A program made the translations under genes and the position numbers. From Balanoglossus misakiensis (lineage: Eukaryota > Animalia > Hemichordata), in the NCBI GenBank assembly GCA_040954595.2, contig CM082577.2:2170001-2234000 (forward strand): 64,000 nt of DNA. The letters run 5' to 3'. Each line of letters starts with the position of its first letter. The first letter of the stretch is position 1. The notes below the pieces were generated by a model that ran no database searches, had not been told where the DNA came from, and saw only the letters and a list, made by a program, of their open reading frames with translations. Shown one piece after another: positions 57,501 to 64,000 of the stretch.

Positions 57501-60500
57501 TGGGCACAATGACAGTAAGTCAAATAATCAGTCATCATTATGGATGAGAGCTTCCATGTAGAATGATGATTAGGTGATGATGATGATGATGATGATGATG
57601 ATTATGAGGGTCAAATGAAATATAAAAACATTGTACTACCATAATATCCCACCTAAACACATAACACTCATACTTGTATTTTCCGTAATATTCCAGGAGC
57701 TTTCATGTGTAGACAAGACTGGCATACTATCCTGGCCCAACCCATCAGCAGAAAAGGTTTTCTTCTTCAGCTCCTTGTCTCCAGATGATGAAGATGACGA
57801 CGTTACTGTAGACACCAGCCAGTCTCAGGAGGAAGACGATCTGAGTGAAGGAAGCATCGGAATCAAGAAACGAAAAACCGAGCAGACAAAGTTCGATAAC
57901 GATTCTGTGTTCGAAGCGGACAAAGCTTCAGACAATGAAGGTGAAGATGGTCTTTTGTTTCTCTTGTAGCCATGGCAATTGATAGCGCTAGGTGGTGGTG
58001 GGGGGGGGTAAAATGAGCAAAACGTCACACATAGAAACTTGTTTATTTTTTATTATGCATGCATGTTTTGCATGTGTATTGAATATTTGTCGGCGATTGT
58101 CGAAATTCTGAGTTAAACTTACTTATCTGTCTTGGAAAAAAACTGATGAACAGTTGGTGTTTTTATTGTTTGTATCACATGCATCTCTGATGAATCTAAA
58201 CACAGCATGTGCAAAGTCTAATCTCAGATTTGTCTAACTTTGGGGCTAAACATTTAGATTGTTTTCCAGAATGCCATGTTGAAGTGCTGGATCTCACAGA
58301 GTGCCACACAGTAAGCATCTCTCTTTCTATTTTGATCTCAGTTTGGGAAATATATGTCTGATCAAAAATGGTTACTGTTTTATATGTAAGGGTGTGTGAT
58401 AGCCATAATGAAGAATAGTGCACTACACAGAACCATCCTTGGAGATGTAGTCGTACTCCACTAAGCCACTTTTAAACTTTCTGTGAAATTTTACCCCATT
58501 TTGTCCGTCATGTCTTGTTTCAGATTGGGACAGGTTTACAGTTCGATGACCCGAACTGGGAACGACACCTGAATTCACTAAAACCACTGGTAAGTTCCAT
58601 TACACTGTAGAAAAATCCCTCTCAGATTAATTTTAACATGAAAACAAGCAAATTATCAATATGTAGAAGTATGAGGCGTTTTAATTTCCTAATTTGATTT
58701 GAAACAGGGTTTGAACGTCTTGGTGAATACCTGTAACATCCAGGCAATGCACAAACGCACGGAATTCATCGACCATGTGACTTGCATAGCTGCCTTACAA
58801 AACTTGCCATTGGTCACCAGAAGGTAGGTCTCATGAATATTCATTTGTGAGGGAAAAACAACCTAATTAGGGTGTCCTTAGCAACATAAGAGAGTTGGAT
58901 TGTCTTTAATATTGGGGCAACCTGAGAAATGGTACTCCAAAGAGCATAAAAATCAAAGTCGCAGAGTTTAGAAAATCTTCCTTGAACTTTTCTTTCTCTT
59001 CCAGTGAAAATGTCACCATTCCATTCTTGTTTGCATCCCACATTTCATTTCCTGTGAAATTAGAAATTCACTGCTCTGGTGATAGTGGGTCAACTGTAGT
59101 AAGGCGACCTTTCACCTCTGACCTGTCTCTCACTCTGTTGTATTTTTACTTTTTTTGTTTTATTTATATCTTCTTTTTTGTATCTATTCTTTCATATATT
59201 TTTTCTGCTGTGTTTTAGTCAGCCTGTGTGAGTACAGTTTCTATCATTTCCTTGGCATGACTTCTGCTACTAACATCAGTGAAATGTCTGTGTTTTTTGT
59301 CTCTTCCATATTCCATTTTTTTTTTACCATGGCAGGACCTTTTCAAAAATTATTATTAGTTTAATAAATAAAAAGAATAGACCCCTTGATGATAATTACT
59401 GCTAGGTATTAATAGGCATTTGCAGTGTAGCAAATCCAGTTTGAGTGTATTCTGTGCAGTCTTGTGAGGGTGATATTCATTTCAACATGCTAACCACGGC
59501 ATGTCTTTTCTCCACTAACTGTGCTGATACAGGAGTTCCAGTTTCCCCTCTCCCCGGCAGATCTTTGGCCTTCTTGTCTGCATTGTGATGCCGTTTAACT
59601 GGAGGACGTATATTTTATCTTAAAGGTGCGTTTGTGATCTGGCCGGTTTGATTGGGTTCTCAGATCAGGCCGGGGAAGCGTTCGAACTGAAGCAGCAGTT
59701 GGCAACCTACAAGAAAGTGGTGAGTGGGTCCCCCGTGTTGGTGGAGGTTAGCGACCTACTGTTGAGGTCGCTGACCTGTGAGGTAGGACAGTGACCGACA
59801 GACAGGGTCCTGCAGTACAGAAACTGTGTCTGGGGAATGACTTGAAGATGAGAGCAATGACCTGTTACACAGAACAGTCACCTATCGGCAGCTGACCTCC
59901 TTGTTGGGTCATTGACATTTGTATAGAACAGCAACCGGACCCTGAATTGACATATGACTGCCTGATTGGATAATATATTGTGACATATAACAGTGTCTGG
60001 TCTCGAATCGACAGTTTACAGCTTGTGTGTGTGTTAGACAACTGTTTTATGAGATGAGGTGAGGTGACAGTATTGTCACCACCATGGTTTGGTCCAAATC
60101 CATTGTTTTCTATGGTAAAATTGGAACTCTAAACATGGAAATGGGGGTGACTGATAGGGTCAAATTGCAAGTTATGTCTGGGTGCATGCAAATTGCAGCC
60201 CTGGTGATTATGATATCTTTATTTTCTGACTACCAGTCAGTGGGCGATATAGAAACTGAGAGAAGAGCTGTACGCCGGTCTAAATTCAACAACCAGAAGT
60301 ACACTTTGCCACACATGATGTCTGTGGTGGTTGAAAGCAAAGATTCAAGTAAGTGAGCAGAGATTATGTGCCTGTGCCTGGTATGACACACTCCTTGTGA
60401 TTGGGTAGTGATCGATGTCATTGTATGTAATTCTTCTCAGTAGCCAATCAGGTTTAGAAATGGGTTTTACCCGTACTCATTTTATCAGTACCTGGTAACA

Positions 60501-63500
60501 GCTGATTATGAGTCTTATACTGTACATGTATTTCAATAACTATTTGTGGCAAAAAATTCTCTCTTTGCTCAAAATCATTGAAAACTCTATTTAACATGTG
60601 ATTGTTTTCTTCCATTCTTGTAGATTCTTATCAGATGCTGACAGAAGGTACAGCTGAGATGGTACTGGAGGCCTGCACTGACTTCTGGGATGGTAATGAC
60701 CTTTGTGTTCTGACTGAACCAGACAGGTGAGATTGTGTGAAAAGCGGTCTGTCCAGAAATAGCTGTGTCTATATTTGCTCTATAATGTTTGCCAGCAAAA
60801 ATACATTCAATTTGCAAGTTCTGTATAACCTTGGGATGATTTGAAGCTGAAATCATCGCACCCATTCCCTGTACCCAATAATGCAAAGCACCAATGCGTA
60901 TCAAGCTAAGTGTCTGTGACGTTCTGTCTCTTGTCCAACAGGAAGAAAATCCTGGATTTCTACCACCGAGCCAGCCTGTCATCATACTGCTGTGCCTTTG
61001 CATACCGCCCTCTACCGCAGACCATCACCAGTGACTTCAATGACGGCTACATTGAGATGCCGACGGTGAATCAACCCAGACAGAGTGTCGATAAGCCCAG
61101 CCCTGTCAGGTATGACCACACTGTACACTTTTTGCTGATGTCTGTATCATTACCCATTTAACTGAAGCTCCTCCATAATCTTTGAACTGTTTCCCCATCA
61201 ATTCCAAGGTCTCCCACTCTCGGTGATGTAACCACGCCAAAGAAGAAATCGCGACAGTCAAGCGCAGACTCGTCATTCGATCTTCTGGGGAGCATCAGTG
61301 ATCCCGATGGTGTCTTTAGGTAAGAGCGGCAGAGAGAAGGATATGAATGTTCACTGTAGAGCAAGATTGGTTTGGTTAGTCCAATGACCATGTGGTAGTG
61401 CATCTTCTTTATGCGTGGCTAACCAAGTGAAAATCTGTGATTGGCTAGATCTCCACTTTCCATGGCAACTGTGGCCAAATTTGAAAAGGTGACAGTACAC
61501 CATACTGGGTATAGTTGTTGTGTTCTTTCTTATTATTTAAATACTTTCTGTGTGACCCAAGAGGAAAGATCAGTTACCACACTTGGCATTGACCCCAACA
61601 ATGAGCCAGTGACATCCCTTCTCTTATCCCAGGGCACAGTCAGGCCAGATCTTCATCGGGATGGTTGCCATGCAGTATCAAGCCAAAGAAGACCTGGTTG
61701 GACTCATCGAACTCTTGGACAATGCGTGCATCCGATTTGTGCACTTCTCACCGGACAATGAACTGAAGAGTAAAGTAGGTTTCCACGTCACTTTTCCTTA
61801 TGATCCATTTAATTTATATTAGAGAGAATATGATTAAGTGTCCTTGTTTTTTTGTTCAGGTCTTTGCAGAGAAGGTCGGTCTGGAAGTGGGATGGAACTG
61901 CCACATATCACTGCGGAGCACAGAAACCCCTCCCGAGAACAAAGTCACCACGCAACTGGGCTACGCGACCACGTCTGTGAACAAGTCCTCTCTGTTGTCA
62001 CTCGTCAAACGGCGGACTCAAGAGGGCGGCATCCTCTTGGATCCGGACAACATGCAAGTGAGGTGGAAAGACAAGGTGGCGTTTGACGATGCGGAGCTGC
62101 CGGGCACCAGCGTCGGGAGGAAACTCAAAACGACCAAATCGCTGGACCTTCTGTCGTGCGCATCAGACGAGGAAACGAGGAAGGAACTGTCGTACAGCAA
62201 ATCTGTCGGGGATGTCCCACAGTGCAGCACAGGGGCTTTGACGACGAATGCTCCAGACCGCAAATGTACGAATGAAAGCACACCGATGAAGTCGTCGGGG
62301 TGTAGTGTAAAAGCCAATGACAAGAGAGACGAGAACTATTCGCATAAACGTACCTCGCTTGATGTTAAAATTATGCTGGACCAAGACGATTCAGCGCAAC
62401 AAAGGAATCGCCACGTTTCGGAAACCTTCACGTTCAGTACTATAAACAGCGAAGATATTGAAGCAGAGGGACTGCTTAGTAGTCATACGGAGAGTGCGTT
62501 TGAAATGACCAACAGGGTAAGGCTGCTCTAAGGCCAAATAAAAAAATATGTGCTGTTCCGATTACCCGACCTAACCTAATTTTAGCTTGCCGACCCTTAA
62601 CTTTTTAGAGCTTCGTAAAGCGGACGTAAAAATAACGATAACTTGAAATATGTGTTTCTTCCTCATCTCGTAGGCCAAACTACCCAGAGGAATTGATAAC
62701 ATTCGACCTCACATCGAACACGTTGATAATGTGCCACTACTAGTCCCATTATTTACAGACGCAACACCCAGCGGTAAGTTACCCTAGCAACACACTGCTA
62801 GTTCAGAAGTAGTTGGTCAGTCACATCAGCTCAGTTGTCGACTCTTTATTGTGACTGAAATTTCCAATGGGGCAATATGTTTTCTCAGATCTGCAGTGTG
62901 ATATATTTGTCTTCAGAAGAATTGACTTGTTGGTTTGATTAAAGTACTGCTACGTGAACCCTGGACAAAACTTGAAGATTGTTAATAACAGCTCTTTTAT
63001 GGGTTTGATTTTCAGCATGCAGCGAGATGATAGCCATCATGCAAGAGTACGGTGAGATTGTCTGCTGCTTTGGGAGCTCGGCAAATTTCTACAACACCAG
63101 CATATTCTTACAGGCAGATTTAAGGCAAGGAATTCTCCCTAACTAAGGTGTCTGTAATGACATGTTTCTCTGTAAACAAATGCCTCAGGATAAAAAGAAC
63201 ACACTTTTTACTTTCTCCTTGTTCTCCCCTCCAACAGCATTGGGCTGGAACCACTGCACCCACAGGTATGTCAGCAATACAGTCAGGAAGAGTACCTGAG
63301 ACACTGCGACAGTTCAACTCAAACGCACGGACTGCTCCCGCTGGATCTGAGTCACATTCTCTCCTCCCTTCCCTGTTCCTTGACTTTTCACCGAGAAGAC
63401 AACATCAGTCTGGTTTACTTGGTCAAAGAGGTGAGGTGCAGCTTCTGTTGTTATCAGGTTATGGCCCTGTAAATGTCTCTGGACGAATATTTGAAATAGT

Positions 63501-64000
63501 GTATACATGTTTTGGCAATATGGTATGTTCTTTTCTTCATTGACAGGCGCGAGGCTTGACCCAGGCGATCATCAACTGTTTCATATTCCTGATGAACTGC
63601 CAGGTGGCGATCTCATTCTTGCAGCTGATAGCTTGCCTCCTAGTCCTGCCGCAGCCAATGACAGGAAGCCACATTCTGTGGTTGTCGGGCGTAGTCGTGC
63701 CGTCGCTTAGCCTCTCTTTCTTCGGCACACCCGTTGATTCCAAGATTATGAAAATGGCGCCAGGGAAAAATCTAAATCACTGGGATGGACAGGTAACTAA
63801 TGGGGGAAATAAATATAACCTCAGGCAGGGTGAGATTGAGGGAATTTGAATCTGTTAGATTCTTCGCAAAAAGGAGAACTGGCTTCTCAGGGACATTAAA
63901 AAATTGTAAATACTGCTCCATTTTCTCACTCCAACCTTTTGTATACTTTAACCCACAGGTGGTGGGCCAGTACATGCTGTATTTTCTGTTCAAGTTTATG
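54575..64000 (+). CDS. TMEM94: Transmembrane protein 94 (KIAA0195/ERMA), P-type-ATPase-like; 3' end beyond window
   Basis: At least 25 exons from ATG 54575 (MSSSSETIGLSNREALKKL). Family motifs: 'YPDLSTPQSRSVSLQWTYRDGSLVNLPCNLLVKGDIIALRPG', 'SCVDKTGILSWPNPSAEKVFFF', 'LQFDDPNWERHLNSLKPLGLNVLVN', 'QIFIGMVAMQYQAKEDLVGLIELLDNACIRFVHFS...KVFAEKVGLEVGWNCHISL' and 'NRAKLPRGIDNIRPHIEHVDNVPLLVPLFTD'. Confidence 0.95.
57574..57607. repeat. (GAT)n microsatellite
   Basis: About 10 GAT units in a TMEM94 intron. Confidence 0.9.
62529..62600. repeat. Short interspersed repeat fragment
   Basis: TAAGGCCAAATAAAAAAAT...TTACCCGACCTAACCTA matches the reverse complement of 57068-57115 (TAGGCTAGGTTGGGTTACCCGAAAC...TTTTCTTGGCCT). 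Confidence 0.5.
63125..63237 (+). other. GC-AG intron in TMEM94
   Basis: AAG|GCAAGG donor and ccaacag| acceptor; removal gives FLQADLS-IGLEPLHP, consistent with the TMEM94 reading frame. Confidence 0.75.

Noticed and set aside
58142-58195. Possible intronic C/D snoRNA (TGATGA...CTGA)
   Set aside because: Too short, imperfect C box, no terminal stem and no recognisable rRNA guide.

Overview
This is eukaryotic, intron-rich, AT-rich animal DNA; the gene set and repeat types suggest a marine invertebrate bilaterian, but the taxon cannot be fixed from sequence alone. The ORF track mostly captures exon fragments and antisense noise, so genes were rebuilt by hand from splice signals and protein similarity; exon edges are approximate unless stated. 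The window holds eight protein-coding genes: an arrestin-domain protein (+, 5'-truncated), PDAP1 (-), CEP95 (-), an Amun/zgc:112496-like helix-hairpin-helix glycosylase-fold gene (+), NOL12 (-), BTAF1/Mot1 (+, about 38 exons), GRB2 (-) and TMEM94 (+, 3'-truncated). Three pairs are head-to-head. Repeats include a Helentron-type non-autonomous element with a 4 x 237 bp internal array, a second degraded one, TTAA-flanked MITEs, a minisatellite and microsatellites. I found no convincing wholly new multi-gene system. The best leads are: (1) a TMEM94 orthologue with a near-canonical P-type ATPase DKTG phosphorylation motif; (2) the head-to-head GRB2-TMEM94 pair, which matches the human arrangement as I recall it; (3) a possible ATF4-like uORF layout in the TMEM94 leader; (4) the poorly characterised HhH protein; (5) a U12 intron in BTAF1; and (6) strong non-coding enrichment of the palindrome TACATGTA.
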